A stretch of 64,000 nt of DNA from Felis catus (taxonomy: Eukaryota). Under the pieces are notes generated by a model. The model searched no databases. It saw only the letters and a program-made list of their open reading frames with translations, and was not told the DNA's origin. Positions 49,490-62,409 of the stretch are shown one piece after another. The stretch lies in assembly GCF_018350175.1 (NCBI RefSeq), contig NC_058368.1, forward strand, positions 106,146,001 to 106,210,000, in the 5' to 3' direction. The position numbers and the translations under genes were made by a program. How positions within the stretch are numbered: position 1 is the first letter of the stretch; each line of letters begins with the position of its first letter.

Positions 49490-49645
49490 AAGAGATGGGC
49501 TTTAAACCAGGTTCAGAACCCTGTTTTACCTTCTGTCAGCTACTTGGCCTCAGACAAGTCATTTAAGCTCTCTCTGCCTTGGTTACCCCATCTGTAAAAT
49601 GGGGACAGAACAATTAACTCCTTAGGGTTGCTGCTGTGAGAATTT
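49490..49645 (+). mobile_element. MIR
   Basis: acaagtcatttaagctctctctgcc...ccccatctgtaaaatgggg. Confidence 0.85.
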
Positions 49646-49967
49646 GATTCGTTTGTTTATTGATTTATATCTGTACACTCAATTATTGTATACATTCAAT
49701 TAGTATATATAAAATCTGAGTTTATAATACTAATATGTTACTATAATATAGGGAAAATCCACATGGGGTTAATGTGTGGAATTTCTCTAGAGAAGACATG
49801 AATATCATCACTTGACTTGTTTGCTTATGTGGTTTTGTCCTGGTTTGGCAGATGATGTTACTGTGCAGGGCTTTGGAAAGTCTAGCTGTTTGAAGTTTCA
49901 TCTTACTTGTGGATGTGTAGCAGCACCCCTATATGGATTTCTGAAAGGGGCTGACAATGTGGCTCAT

Positions 49968-50106
49968 CCTCTACCTCACCCTCTCCTCTCCTTCCCCCCC
50001 TCCTCTCCCTTTCTTTCCTTCCTCCTCTTCCTCTTGCTTTTTCTCCCTCCTTCTCTCTCTCACTTTCCCTCCCCTCCACCTCCTGTCACCCTCCACCTTC
50101 ACCCTC
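49968..50106 (+). repeat. Polypyrimidine low-complexity tract
   Basis: About 140 bp of almost pure C/T. Confidence 0.85.
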
Positions 50107-50223
50107 TGATGGAAAAAGCTGGAACTCTTACTTTCCTGGCACTCTCTTCATCCTCATCACCTTCCCCCTTTGTCCTGGCTGCCCCTTCTTTGTCCTGAAA
50201 TTTCTCAGCATCTACAGGAAATA

Positions 50224-50241
50224 GCACGCACATGCATGTGT

Positions 50242-50284
<43 letters not shown>

Positions 50285-50294
50285 TATACACGTG
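50224..50294 (+). repeat. (TG)n(CG)n alternating tract
   Basis: Seen directly. Confidence 0.9.
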
Positions 50295-50849
50295 AGTGTA
50301 AGCATTCTGTCATCTCTTTGTTGACATAAAACTAGAAATGCTTGCCAAAGTAGGGCCCTGCTTTCCTGGCCCAAGATTTGTCTCAGGTGCCAAGAAAGTC
50401 CACGTTGGCTCCCTGGGCTCCCCCACAGTTGCCCTAACAGCTAACCACAAGATGGGAAATTTGATCTTTGTTCAAATAAGGTAAAATCTGAGTTACCTAG
50501 AGAGACAAAAGCAAGCTCAGTGCTTTGGTCCCTTAGGTCTTTAGCGAAATGACACCCTTGTGCTTCTTCTGTTCCTGATTCATAGCTCACAGTGGACAGT
50601 TTTCATAGCACGCTGCACACATTATTATACGAAAATACCCAGTGACATTTTCTGTCCCAGAGGCCAAATCATCACTGTATTAATTGGCTAGTGGGGTTCC
50701 TCTAGATAGTGAACTATTGCCTAATTCTGAACCCTGGGCCATTTCCTCCAGCACTTTTTGTTATTATCAGGAAGTATTTCAGCCCTAACAAAAAATTAGA
50801 AAGACCCAGCACCTGTCAAAAGACATGACAAATACAGCTTCCCCTTTCC

Positions 50850-52560
50850 TTAATATCAACTGAAAAACTTACACAGGCTTTCGTTTACTTGTTATGTGCC
50901 TGCTTTTTGTCAACATTTAACCTTAAGTGCCATCATGTTTTGAGTATAGTTCTTGAATGGATAGGTATTGAATTTAGCTTAGTTACATTTATTTTTATTT
51001 CTATATCATACTTGTTTTCCGTATGTCCTGCTGTTTCTATACTTACTATTTTTCCTTGTAAAATTTTGTTTGAATTGGTAAAGATTCCCTTTGTCTTTTA
51101 CTATCCTTTATTGGTTTAGAAGCAATAGTATTCTCTTTCTCTTTTTTATAGACATTCTTAAAGTTTAAGTTACTTGTAGATAATTAGAAAATGTAACAGT
51201 TACGCATTACTTTTACTGTGCCTGAACAAGAACTTAGAATAATTTAACTCTGAACATTTTCTCTATTAAAAGTTCGTTCCTGGGGCGCCTGGGTGGCGCA
51301 GTCGGTTGAGCGTCCGACTTCGGCTCAGGTCACCATCTCGTGGTCCGTGAGTTCGAGCCCCGCGTCGGGCTCTGGGCTGATGGCTCGGAGCCTGGAGCCT
51401 GTTTCCGATTCTGTGTCTCCCTCTCTCTCTGCCCCTCCCCCGTTCATGCTCTGTCTCTCTCTGTCCCAAAAATAAATAAAAAACGTTGAAAAAAATTTTT
51501 TTAAAAAAATAAAAGTTCGTTCCTGAAGCAATTTCTCTATTATTTTTCTTACAGCTGATACACTTACTGCTTCTGTAAAAATAACCACAAATTTACCAAT
51601 TTCTCTGCTCATCATTACTTCTTTTGCCTCAGTTCTTCCTCTCTGGGAAAAATTGGAAATTGGAGTTTCTAAGTGAAAGCCTTTTGGTGAAAGATTTCCT
51701 CAGTATTGTTCTTTTGAGTATGTGGCAGTTTTATCCTGGTCCTTGAAAGCTGGTATTTTGGGGTGAGCTCTAAAAATCTTGACTGACAATTATTTACCTT
51801 AGCATTTCGAGGCTATTATTTTCCTTAGCTGTGCTTTCAAAATTTTTTTTTTTATTTTTGACTTTCGAGGCCAGCTGTCCTTTCTATCTAGTTGTTATTA
51901 TAGCTATAAAAACACTCTGGTTTAATTACATAGTGTTTAGGTGTGGATCTGGTCTTACTTATTTTGCTTGCGATTTAGTGTGTGTCATGAATCTGAGGAC
52001 CCAGGTCTCCCACTACTCTGGAAAATTCCCAGCCATTGTCTTTCAGTATTACCTTCCGTTTATTATCTGTATTTCTTCTTAAAGCTCTAATAAGAGGCAT
52101 ATTGGCCTTTCTCATTCTTTCCACCACATCTCTTAATTTCTTTTTGTGTGTTTTCCACTTATGATATACACTGCATTCCAGGCAATCACTTTAGAACTGT
52201 GGTTCAGCTCCCTAACGCAGTCCTTGCTGGTATCTGGTCTTATACATGAACAACTCCATTGGTGGCTTGTTTTTCATTTCAGTGACTTTTTGGTTTTCAT
52301 TTTGTAGAAATTTTACTTAATTTTGATCCAGTCAACGTCATACATTTCTAAAGTGCCATGTCCCTTTATTTTATTTTTTATCATGTTTATTTCTCTAATC
52401 AGGGTAACATTTTAATGTTATTATTTACCGATGCTTACTCCCATAGTCTACTTTGGAGCGTGAATATGCTGTTTGTTATGCGTAATGACCTGGTGATGAT
52501 AGTTGATATTCTCCCATGTGCTATAGCTTTGGACTTCGTGCTTATGTTGGAAAGGAGTGG
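50850..52560 (-). mobile_element. Degraded antisense L1 fragments
   Basis: tctggaaaattcccagccattgtctttc; ttgactgacaattattt; T-rich L1 antisense text. Confidence 0.6.
51282..51510 (+). mobile_element. Young SINEC_Fc-type SINE
   Basis: Near-consensus and CpG-rich; perfect TSD taaaagttcgttcct. Confidence 0.95.
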
Positions 52561-52690
52561 TGAAGCTTTTTTTTAAAGAAAGGGTTTATGAGGACTGGAT
52601 TGACAGTGCGTCTCTAAAGTTATTTACGTTATTCTGCCACGGGCATTAATAGGATGACCTGACTGCTTCATGCTAATATGCTAGCTTCCA

Positions 52691-52905
52691 GTGGCACCTG
52701 GGTGGTTGTCACTTAAGCGTCCGACTTTGGCTCAGGTCATGATCTCACGTTTCTTGGTTTTGAGCCCCATGTCCGGCTCTGTGCTGACATCTCGAACCTA
52801 GAGCCTGCTTCAGATTCTGTGTCTCCCTCTTTCTCTACCCCTCCCCCGCTCATGCTCTGTCTCTGTCTCTCCCTCAAAAATAAAATAAACAGTAAAAAAA
52901 TTTTA
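52691..52905 (+). mobile_element. Can-SINE
   Basis: TSD taatatgctagcttc. Confidence 0.95.
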
Positions 52906-53309
52906 ATATGCTAGCTTCTGTATTCCAAGAACACACAGCAGTGTATATGTGATTAAAAATCTGCTTGAGGGCACACCTCTGGTTGCAAATTCTCACAGAT
53001 CTTTCTACTCAATCTTTGTCCTTTCCACACCGGGCTAAAGGAAGATTTCTCTCCTCATCTCCATAAACTGGTAGGTTATTTTTCCCCTAGAGCATTCTTT
53101 GTGGAAGAAAGAAGGAATGCTTTTTAATGGCCCTGGCTTTATCTAGACACTTCATTCAGTGCTTTACTTTATACAATCTCAGCATTTGTCCCATTTGCCC
53201 TGGTGACAGTTAAAAACCTATACTCCTTCTGTAGTCTCCCCCCCTTGGCTTTCACTTTCTTTGTATTTCTTCCCCAGTCCTCAGATACGGACTTACAAGT
53301 ATGTTTATT

Positions 53310-54252
53310 ACATTTGCCCATTAGGATGGCCATTATGAAAAGAAAAAAATAAAAATAAAACAGAGAACAACAAGTGTTGGTGAGGTTGTGGTGAAATTGG
53401 AGCCCCTACCCATTGCTATGGTAGGAGCAATATGGTGCAGCCACTATGGGAAGCAGTATGGCAGTTCCTCAAAGAATATTGCCATATGATTCAGCAGTTC
53501 CACTTCTGGGTACCCACCTCACATAACTGACAGCAGGGACTTGAACAGGTATTTGTATACCAATGTTCACTGCAACATTATCCACAATAGCCAAAAGGTG
53601 GAAGCATCTCAAGTGGCCAGTGAGGGATGACTGGATGAACAAAATGTGTTATGGGGATGCACTGTAATATTTTCAACCTTGAAAAAGGAAAGACAGGGGC
53701 ACCTGCCTGGGTGGCTCAGCGACTAAGTGACCAACTGTTCATCTTGGCTCAAGTCATGATCTCACGGTTCATGAGTTCAAGCCCCACATCGGGCTCTGTG
53801 CTGATAGCACAGAACCTGCTTAGGATTCTCTCTCTCCCTCTCTCTGCCCCTCTTACTCTGTGCTCTCTCTCTCTCTCTCCTTCAAAATAAATAAATAAAA
53901 ATTTAAAAAAAAATGGAAAGACATTCTAACATATGTCATAACATGAATAAACCTTGAAGACATTATGCTAAGTGAGATATTCCATTCACACAAGAACAAA
54001 TATTGAATGATTCCACTTGTGTAAGGTACCTAGAATAGTCACATTCATAGGGATAGAAAGCAGAATAGTGGTTGCCAGGGGTCGGCGGGAGGGTGAAACA
54101 AGATAGAAAATTTCAGTTTTGGAAGACACAGAAGTTCTAGAAATGGATAGTAACAGTGTTTTCACAACAATGTGAATATAATTAATGCCATTGAACCGTA
54201 TACTCCAAAAATGGTTAAAATAGTAAATTTTATGTTAACCGCAATAAAAAAA
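53310..54252 (+). mobile_element. L1MA/MB-type 3' end
   Basis: aacaagtgttggtgagg...gcagccactatgg...aaccttgaagacattatgctaagtga...aaaatggttaaaatagtaaattttatgtt. Confidence 0.9.
53696..53912 (+). mobile_element. Can-SINE inside L1
   Basis: TSD ggaaagaca. Confidence 0.9.
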
Positions 54253-54522
54253 ACAGGTATATTTGTCACATTTTATCCAGAATCTGTAGGTATTTGTTTG
54301 TTTTTTATTTTAATTTAATATCAGAAAGTTTTCCAGGCTATCTGAACTCCAACTTGTCCCAAATAGGTATTCCTTAATAATGTTACCCTTCGGATCTTTA
54401 AGCTTTTATTCTGCTGTAATATATTGCTGAGACAAATTAGCAAAAGAGCCAAGAAAATAAAACCTGAGCCTTGATTATTATATAAAGAATTCTTATTTTA
54501 TTTAGTCTTATTTGATTGCTAG

Positions 54523-54997
54523 TATCAAGGAGCAAGACTAAGTGTCAAGGACTAAGAATCAAATTGACATGAGACAGATTAACAGAAGAAAATTAAATTC
54601 AATAGCGTACGTATGGGGAATCCACACAGACATACAAATGCCAAAGGCAGTCAGGCAAAATGAGATATATGTGTCATTCTAAAGTAAGCAGGAGTAGGGG
54701 TCTGGGTCTTTGAAGGGGAGGAGTGCAATTCACAGGGCAATAAGAAAAAAAGAGTAGATGTTTGGTAATTAGATGTTTGTCTTGACGTACAGATGGATTA
54801 CTCAGATAAAATTTATCCCTGGTGATAATCACTATTCTAGTTTAAAAAAAAATTTTTAGATTCTTCTGTGTAATTAAGGGAGAGGCAAAAAAAAAAAAAG
54901 TTTTTCGTAAGCCTGCAGGGTCTCAATTGCCTTCAGCTCAAAATAATCTTCATGCCAGAGTGGCACATCTTGGGGCAGCCTGTCCTTGGCTCCTATA
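54523..54997 (-). mobile_element. Solo ERV1 LTR, MER34-like
   Basis: ctcaattgccttcagctcaaaataatcttcatgccagagtggcacatcttgggg is the reverse of the MER34-type 5' end; 4-bp TSD ctag (54519-54522, 54998-55001). Confidence 0.8.
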
Positions 54998-56439
54998 CTA
55001 GGCTGGTTGTATTGTATAAATGTAGCAAGAGTCTAGGGATCTCAGGGCTCCACATATGAGAAGGAAAGCAGAATGAGCTGGTGTCAGTGCATCCACAGGG
55101 TCCCTCCCACACAGCTTCTCTTCTCTCTGGCTTTTCCATTCTTTCTAATAATTATCCCATTGTATTCATCTCCTCTTGATATCTGTTCATTTTTTCTTGT
55201 TACAACCCATTTGAATCGATCAGGTCCTCCGTATCTTATAAAAATTCTTGATGTGGTATTTTGGCACCTGCCCTTCCTAGTAACTGCTGGCATTCTAGGC
55301 TTCCTATTTCCAGATTCGTGAGAGGAATCTGACTTGATGATGATTTTGAGTCTAGTCATCTGGGCTAGATACACTCATTTGCTAATTAGGAAAGCACGTG
55401 GAAGGTCCCCTTCTGCCATGGCAACGTGAGGAGTTCCATGGGCCTACTCCCCAGTGAAACTTGTGAAAATTATTGTTTAAAACCCCAGCCATTTAAATAT
55501 TTTGGAAATGGTCCTAAGATTGTGCAGCAAAAAAAAAAAAAAACAAACAAACAAAAAACGAAAAACAAAACAAAACAAAAACCTCTTCAAGAAAGCCTGC
55601 TAAAACTTGGTAAGAATAGCATAAATATGTAGCACTTGAATCACAGTCTGCTCCCTCCATCACCCCAATCCCAGCTCAGCATGGTGGAAACTGCCCTCCA
55701 GATGGGTGCAGCCAAGAACAAGGTTTTTCTCTTCCTCCAGCTGCCAGTCTGAGGCTATGGTGTCTTCCCGAGAGGGACAAGATGTCAGTATTTCTCATTC
55801 TGCCCACAACAACATGTTGCAAATGCTAAGTTCTGATCAGGCAGTCAGGACTTGGGGACTCTCTTCTTCCATCCAGCCTCTTCTTGTGGGACAGCAGCTC
55901 TAGGATGGAGGCGGTGACTGCTGGAGCCCTGTCACTCTTGACTCACTCCTAAGACAAACGTCCCATGTCGTAAGTGGCAAGCTGAGACCTGAGCCTACTG
56001 TCCTCAACCCTGGCCTCCCTAGCAAATGCTAGACCCTAAAGCAGGAGTGTTACTCAGAGAAGGATGTGTCACTTTCCCCACCCTGAACTTCAGAGGGGAA
56101 CAAAGGAGTTGGCCAGAGATAAAGGTCATAAAACACAGCAATAGAAACACTTCCTAAAGGAATTGACTTCATTTATAACAGAGTGTGGTGAAACTCAAGC
56201 CTAAGGGCACTGTCAGAAACAACAGAGGTTATGGTGAAGAGAAATGAAGAGACTTTAGATTCCTTAATCATAGAAGATAACCATAAGCCCTCAAATTTAC
56301 AGAAGCAAAACAATGACCTCCTAGGGTCAGGAAAAATCTGAAGCACTGATCTCAAAAACTAATAGAGGATCCTGAATGTAGGTGGATCAGTCTGTGGAGC
56401 AATTTATGACCCCAGATCATTGTTGAAAATAATAGAGCC

Positions 56440-56560
56440 AGGGTGCCTAGCTGGCTCACCCACTGGAGCCTGGGACTCTTGATCTTGGATTGTGACTTCA
56501 AGCCCCACTTTGGCTATAGACATTACATTTAAAGATTAAAAAAAAAATCTTTAAAAGGAA
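56440..56560 (+). mobile_element. Short tRNA-derived SINE (old Can-SINE type)
   Basis: gggtgcctagctggctca...gactcttgatctt...ttcaagcccca, A tail. Confidence 0.75.
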
Positions 56561-57230
56561 AAGAAAAGAATGGAGCAGTCAGCTGGCAACTAGTTGGGCT
56601 TAACAGCTAGCTGATTGTGGTTAGGGAAAGAGATGGTCAGACAGCCCAGCCCAGCTCCCCATCATCCCATAGTGACAGTGTGTGCTCAAGGCTGCCCCCT
56701 CTAGGACAAACTTTAGAGGTTTCATACTGCTGGGAGAAAGTAGATTTCGCTCAACTAATCCAGCCAGTCACTGAACAAGTAAACGTTCAAAACACAGTAG
56801 CAAATCCTGATGTGGAGGGCTGGGGAACCAGTTCCTAAACTTGCTGTAATATATAGTACTTAACATGTCCGGTTTCCAATAAAAAGTCATGGCACAAAGA
56901 AAGGAAAACCTATACATGGGAGAGGAAAACAGACAGCAAATATTGCCTGTGAGAGCAACCAGATGTCAGACTGAATAGATAAGGACCTTAAGGTAGCCAT
57001 TATGAATATGTTCAAGGAACCGAAGGAAACCACGCTTAAAGAAAAACAGGAAGATATGTTGACAGTGTTTATCAAAGAGAGAATGTCAGTAAAGGGACTG
57101 AAATTATAAAAAGAACTGAGTGGAAATTCTGGGTTTTTTACTGAAAAGTAAAATAATAGAAATGAAAATTTCACTTGAGGGACTCAGCAGATTTTAACCG
57201 GCAGAATAAATAGGAAACTGGAATGGAAAT

Positions 57231-57842
57231 TGATGAGGGAGCATAAGGCAAGCTGACACCCCACAAACTCCCCCTGACCCAGGTAGGATATGTGTGACAC
57301 TCCTCGGGCACTCCTGGCTGCCCAAGAACAAAGGAAAGGGGAAAACAAATGGTGAACTAATAGAGATCACAGTTGTGCAAGACCTGAGTCTCCTTAGTTT
57401 ACAAATATCTTTGTAAATTACAAGAAAAAGGCAATCCTATCAATAGCCAGTAACTTAATCTCCAGAAACCTATAGCTCCAACATCATCCTCCCCTCCATG
57501 GTGTTGCGGGGGAACAGAGACAAGAAGGAAATGTGGATCCAGGAACTGTCTTAATGTTAATGCTTTGCTGAGGGAAGGGCAGCCTTGGCTTGACAATAGC
57601 TAGGCTTCCAGGAATCTGTGAGTCTTCTTTAGCATACGAAAATCTCTTTAGGAAACTTCCTCTTGACTTTACCTCCCCAACTCCATAGTGTATAATCAGT
57701 CACTCTTCACAACTCCGGTGCAGCTTTTTCTGCCCCCTGTCCCCTCCATGCTTTAATAAAATCACCTTTTTACACCAAAGACGTCTCAAAAATTCTTTCT
57801 TGGCCATCAGCTCCAGACCCCCACCACTCCAAAACCCCATCA
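57231..57842 (+). mobile_element. Solo ERV LTR (612 bp)
   Basis: Inverted termini TGATG...CATCA, perfect 5-bp TSD gaaat, TATAA at 57691, AATAAA at 57755. Confidence 0.9.
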
Positions 57843-57996
57843 GAAATCATTAGACATTATGCAACCCGAAGAACAGGGAGAAAAAGAAATGAAGAAAAAT
57901 GAGGAGAATTACATCAACATATGTAAAATGGGATTACTAAGAGGAGAAGACAGAAAATAGCAGAAGAAATATTGATAAAAGATTCCTCAAGTTTAA

Positions 57997-58200
57997 GGCC
58001 ACTTGGGTGGCTCAGTTGGTTGAGTGTCCAACTCTTGATTTGCTCAGGTCACAATCTCAGTTCGTGAGTTCGAGCCCCATGTCAGGCTGTGTGCTGACAG
58101 TACAGAACCTGCTTGGGATTCTATCTCTTCCTCTCTCTCTCTGACCCTCTCCTGCGTGCATGCGCACAAGTGATTTCTCTCTCAAAATAAATAAATTTTA
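57997..58200 (+). mobile_element. Can-SINE
   Basis: SINE body and tail. Confidence 0.9.
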
Positions 58201-58552
58201 GAAAGTCCTCACACTTACTGAAAACTTTAATCCCATCCAAGAGCTCAGTGAACTCCAATCATCTGTTCCGAGTGGGGGTTGCATGAGTACAAAACAAAGC
58301 CACTGCTCTCTAGCAGCTGGTAGAAGGGAGTGTAGCCAAGGCAAACTGTAGTTAATATCTTTAGTAGAAATACTAAGTAATCAACTCTCAATTTTTGTGT
58401 TACATAATAAAAAATGTATTTAGTTCATATCAGCAAGAATTCCCCATTAATGAGAATCCTAAGGTCCTGTAAGACTCTAAAGTGCCTTTATAATCAAAGA
58501 AATAGTAAAAATAATTAATGTTGATTTAATATTAAGTTATGTGTGTATATAT

Positions 58553-58740
58553 TTTTAAGTTTAGTTTGAGAGAGAGAGAGCAGGGGAGGGGCAGAGAAAG
58601 GTGGAGAGAGAGAGAATCCCAAGCAGGCTCTCCACTATCAATGGAGAGCCAATGCAGGGCTTGAACTCACAAACCCAACCTTGAGATCATGACCTGAGCC
58701 AAAGTCAGACGCTCAACTGACTGAGCCACCTAGGCGCCCC
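58553..58740 (-). mobile_element. Can-SINE
   Basis: Reverse SINE. Confidence 0.9.
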
Positions 58741-59779
58741 TAAACAGGACAGTTTTAATACTAACCCTCCTAGCCCTCCGGGATAGTGTGTGCTTGATGC
58801 TTAGACAATTAAGATTTGAAGGGTCTTGAAGGCTCTCTTCCCGAAATTTGCTTCTCTGAAGACTTATTACTTGTAGTTAAGCCCCTCCTCCAGACATGAA
58901 TGGAAGCAGGATACTATTTAAAGCTAATCAGGCTTTTTCATGAATTTGAAAGAGCTAATACAAACTTCCTAAGGCAAAGCTGAGAGTCTGGAAGGACACA
59001 AGATACTTGACAGTCACTAAGATTGGAAAAGGGTACAGCTGGGATAGTGCCTGGGGGGTATGAGACTTAACTTTGGCTACTTTTAGATTTTATTTATACA
59101 CTTAAGAGGATTTAGAAGAGCAAATTACTTTTCCTTTTTGATCAAGAATTCATACTTGTTAAACTCATTAATCTCTCTGCTTTAGTCCACAAGTTTTGGG
59201 GATGGTTACAATTTGAGATCGTGACAGCAACACCAGTAAAGGAAATATAGTGTTCTGTAGTGCGCCATATACATTGAAACTATATTGTAATTACAGAACA
59301 TAGATGAGTTCTGAAACTTTTTGGTTGAGAGGAAAACAGTGGTAGAGATGAGTATTTATAGAAAGAACTAAGTGCTGAAATTCTAATGAGTTAAATCATC
59401 CACCTTCTCTTGTGGACCATAAAATTGAAAAGGAAAAGACACCCAATTATGGAGACCTGTACTTTTTAAAAATAGGTCTATAAATCAAGGAGCTTCTAGA
59501 ATGACCTTGTGGGAAGGAGGTGACAAGATTCCATTTACCACATTGCCTTAATAAAGTGCTGTGACATTAGCAGCTTCTCTCCTTTGAGTTAATCTCATGA
59601 CCTTGACTTCTGGAATACAAATGTATGGTCAAAAAAAGAAATGCACATTATTTTTCATTAATTCCTAAAGTCTACTGGAAACATATTTTTCTCATTAAAA
59701 CCATACTGTTAGTTAAAAGGTAAGTTTGATTTAGTTTGTTTTAAATTTTCTTTTGGCTGAAAAAACATGGAGGAGGGAC

Positions 59780-60345
59780 ACCCATCAGATTCCTAGTGGG
59801 AGGAAAGGTTGGGAACATTAATTACTTGAGATCATCCTTGAAGGAAACATAGAAAACAAGCAGTCATTAGGGAAGACTGGGGAGAAGTCAAAACATAAGA
59901 AGCAGAATGCACAGAGCCCAGAGATAAGAGTGAGCATGCTATGTGCTGGGACCTGCCAATATGTCAGCTTTGTTGGAGGATAGGGTATGAGGAGGAACAT
60001 ATAGAAAGCTTTATAAGAGATCAGACTGGAGAAGTCAGGCAGAAGCTTCTGCGTGATCTAGCAAGAATTGATAGTGGTCACAAGTAAAGTAGAGCCCATA
60101 GGAATGAAGAAAAGTGGAGGAATTCTAGAAGTACTAACCTGTGGTAAAGACAACAGAACACAGTATTTTCTGTGGATATAGATGAAAAGATCAGACTCAA
60201 GCATTTATGTTCTGGTGTCTGATTTAAGCAATTTCCTGAGGTGGTGCCACAGACAGTGGAGTGCCTTTGGCAAGTGTGGTCTAGGTGGATGATGAGTGGA
60301 GGCAGAGGCCAGAATTGCTGACAGTTCTATAAATTTCAGTTTCAT
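59780..60345 (-). mobile_element. L2 fragment
   Basis: gagatcagactggagaagtcaggcaga; gtctgatttaagcaat; atttcagttt. Confidence 0.55.
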
Positions 60346-60820
60346 CGTTATAAAGCACAGATTTTGTGAATTCTTTTCCCTTTCCTGGTCTTTTATGTAC
60401 AGACTGGAAATCTTATCTCCAAGTTTTAATTGAAAACATTGATAAGAGAACATCAGAAACACTTTTGCTACTAGAAAGGCACCTCTCCCAGTGGATCAGG
60501 GAATATGCACAATGGAGGCCTTGCCCAATTTAGGCCAAAACACGGGTCTTTACCCAAACTATCAAGATCATCAAGGATAAAATAGCGGGAGACATTCTTC
60601 TGTTATCCAGAGGATCATTTCCTTAAATCCTCCTTTTGTTTTGTGCATGTCCTCAAAATGAAGCTTAAATAATCTTCCTGGGAAAAAATGGATGTTTAAA
60701 ATCAATCTCCTTTAACTCTAAATAAATAGAACTTGTGTTCCGTAGTGGCTGTAGTTAGAACATGTTTTAGATCTTCAGTCACGTCCAGGAACATCTAAGA
60801 ATACTGACTAGGATCCAGAA

Positions 60821-60824
<4 letters not shown>

Positions 60825-60889
<65 letters not shown>

Positions 60890-60948
60890 ATACACACACA
60901 TATACACATATATACACATATATACGTATATATGTGTATATATGTATA
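60825..60948 (+). repeat. (TA)n/(CA)n compound microsatellite
   Basis: Seen directly. Confidence 0.95.
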
Positions 60949-61508
60949 TCTTTGATGGTAAGTTAATTTGATCTTCATAAGAGCTGCCTTGGCTGTTGTC
61001 AGAGTATAGGTTAAATTATCTGAAGCTTGAGAGGAAACAGATCATCTTGGGAAATCACTTTGGATGACAAGGGAACTATAACTTTAGCATTCAAGCCACA
61101 TCAATCATGGGGGTGGAGAACTACTAAAGCACCACATGAAAATCATTGCGTAGTTTCCAAGGGCAGGGAGGAATCTATAGCAAGCATTATAATGTGGAGT
61201 TTTAGGGGTGTGGCCTTTGCTTTTAAAACATTTCAGTAGTTTTAAAAAGATACATTTCCTTACATGCTGCACTGATTTTTTTTTTTTAATACTCTCTAAG
61301 AATAGTACCACTGGGAAAACAAAAGATCTGGGTTGTCTTTGATCGCTAGAGGATCCCTACACTGTTTGAATCAGAGACATGTATGCTATTTTTTTATCCT
61401 ACAATTATCATCCACTAGCTTATTTTATATAAGTGGAATTCCACGACTAGAGAATTTCTTCCCAGAAGGGTTCACAATTTGAGTTATTTACAAATCATCT
61501 GGTAATAT

Positions 61509-61735
61509 GGGGTGCCTGGGTGGCTCAGTTGGTTAAGCGTCCGACTTCTGCTCAAGTCATGATCTCACGGTTCATGGGTTCAAGCCCTGCATCGGGCTCT
61601 GTGCTGACAGCTACCTCAGAGCCTGGAGCCTGTCTTCGGATTCTGTGTCTCCCTCTACCTCTCTGTCACTCCCGTGCTCGCTCTCTCTCTCTCTCTCTCA
61701 AAAATAACTAAAACATTAAAAAAACATTTTTTTTT
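61509..61735 (+). mobile_element. Can-SINE
   Basis: TSD aatcatctggtaatat. Confidence 0.95.
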
Positions 61736-62409
61736 AATCATCTGGTAATATCCTTCACTGTTAATGGCAGCAGGGAACAAAGTAAAGGAGGCTAAAGACA
61801 GGAGAGGGAGAGGAGGTGAAACCGGGTATCTCAAGAACCACAGGATATCCTGATGCGTCATGAAGAAAGAATGAAAGTAGAGGCGATAGGGGTCGAAAAG
61901 TAGAATGGAAGAACACATTGAAAAAAGAAGTTGGCCAACTTCAGTTTTCATGGAGCTGGGTTTGGAGTCAACAAGTACTAAAAAGACGACGAGGGAGTTG
62001 AGTGATGCCTGTGTATAGGATCAATACTGATTTTCCAGTGCATTCATGCACTTCCAATACATACATACACATACATGTATTTCTTTATTTATTAAAAACA
62101 TGACAGCTTTTTCATATGTCAGCAATAAAGAATTTATGGAGATGGGCAGTGCTGAAAGAACCATCCTTTTTGTCTGTGGTGGGCCATGTATTTGCCTGCT
62201 GCAGTTATACTATTATGTGGGTCCTTGACCACAGGATTGAGCAGTACTGCCTTTGTGTGCTCTGAGAGCTTGAGATAACCACATCTGCTATGTGGAGCTG
62301 TTACTGGTGGGCAGAAGGTGGGGCAATGTCAGTGAAGGTAATGCAAAAAGAAAGCCACAGGGGCACCATAACATCAGGTTATGGTCTATTTTATACAAAG
62401 CTGTATAAC

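Larger units (their letters stand above)
55410..58260 (+). mobile_element. Old L1 5' UTR/ORF1 remnant, interrupted by an LTR and SINEs
   Basis: aaggtagccattatgaatatgttcaaggaac...gaaatgaaaatttcacttgagggactca...gaagaacagggagaaaaagaaatgaagaaaaatga. Confidence 0.75.

Noticed and set aside
56440..56520. Possible tRNA gene
   Set aside because: Degenerate tRNA-derived SINE head followed by an A tail; no intact cloverleaf.
1910..61951. Many 60-140 aa ORFs such as MAQSVKRPTSAQVMIS... and ...YLFLRERERE...
   Set aside because: They are translations of Can-SINE copies or microsatellites, not genes.
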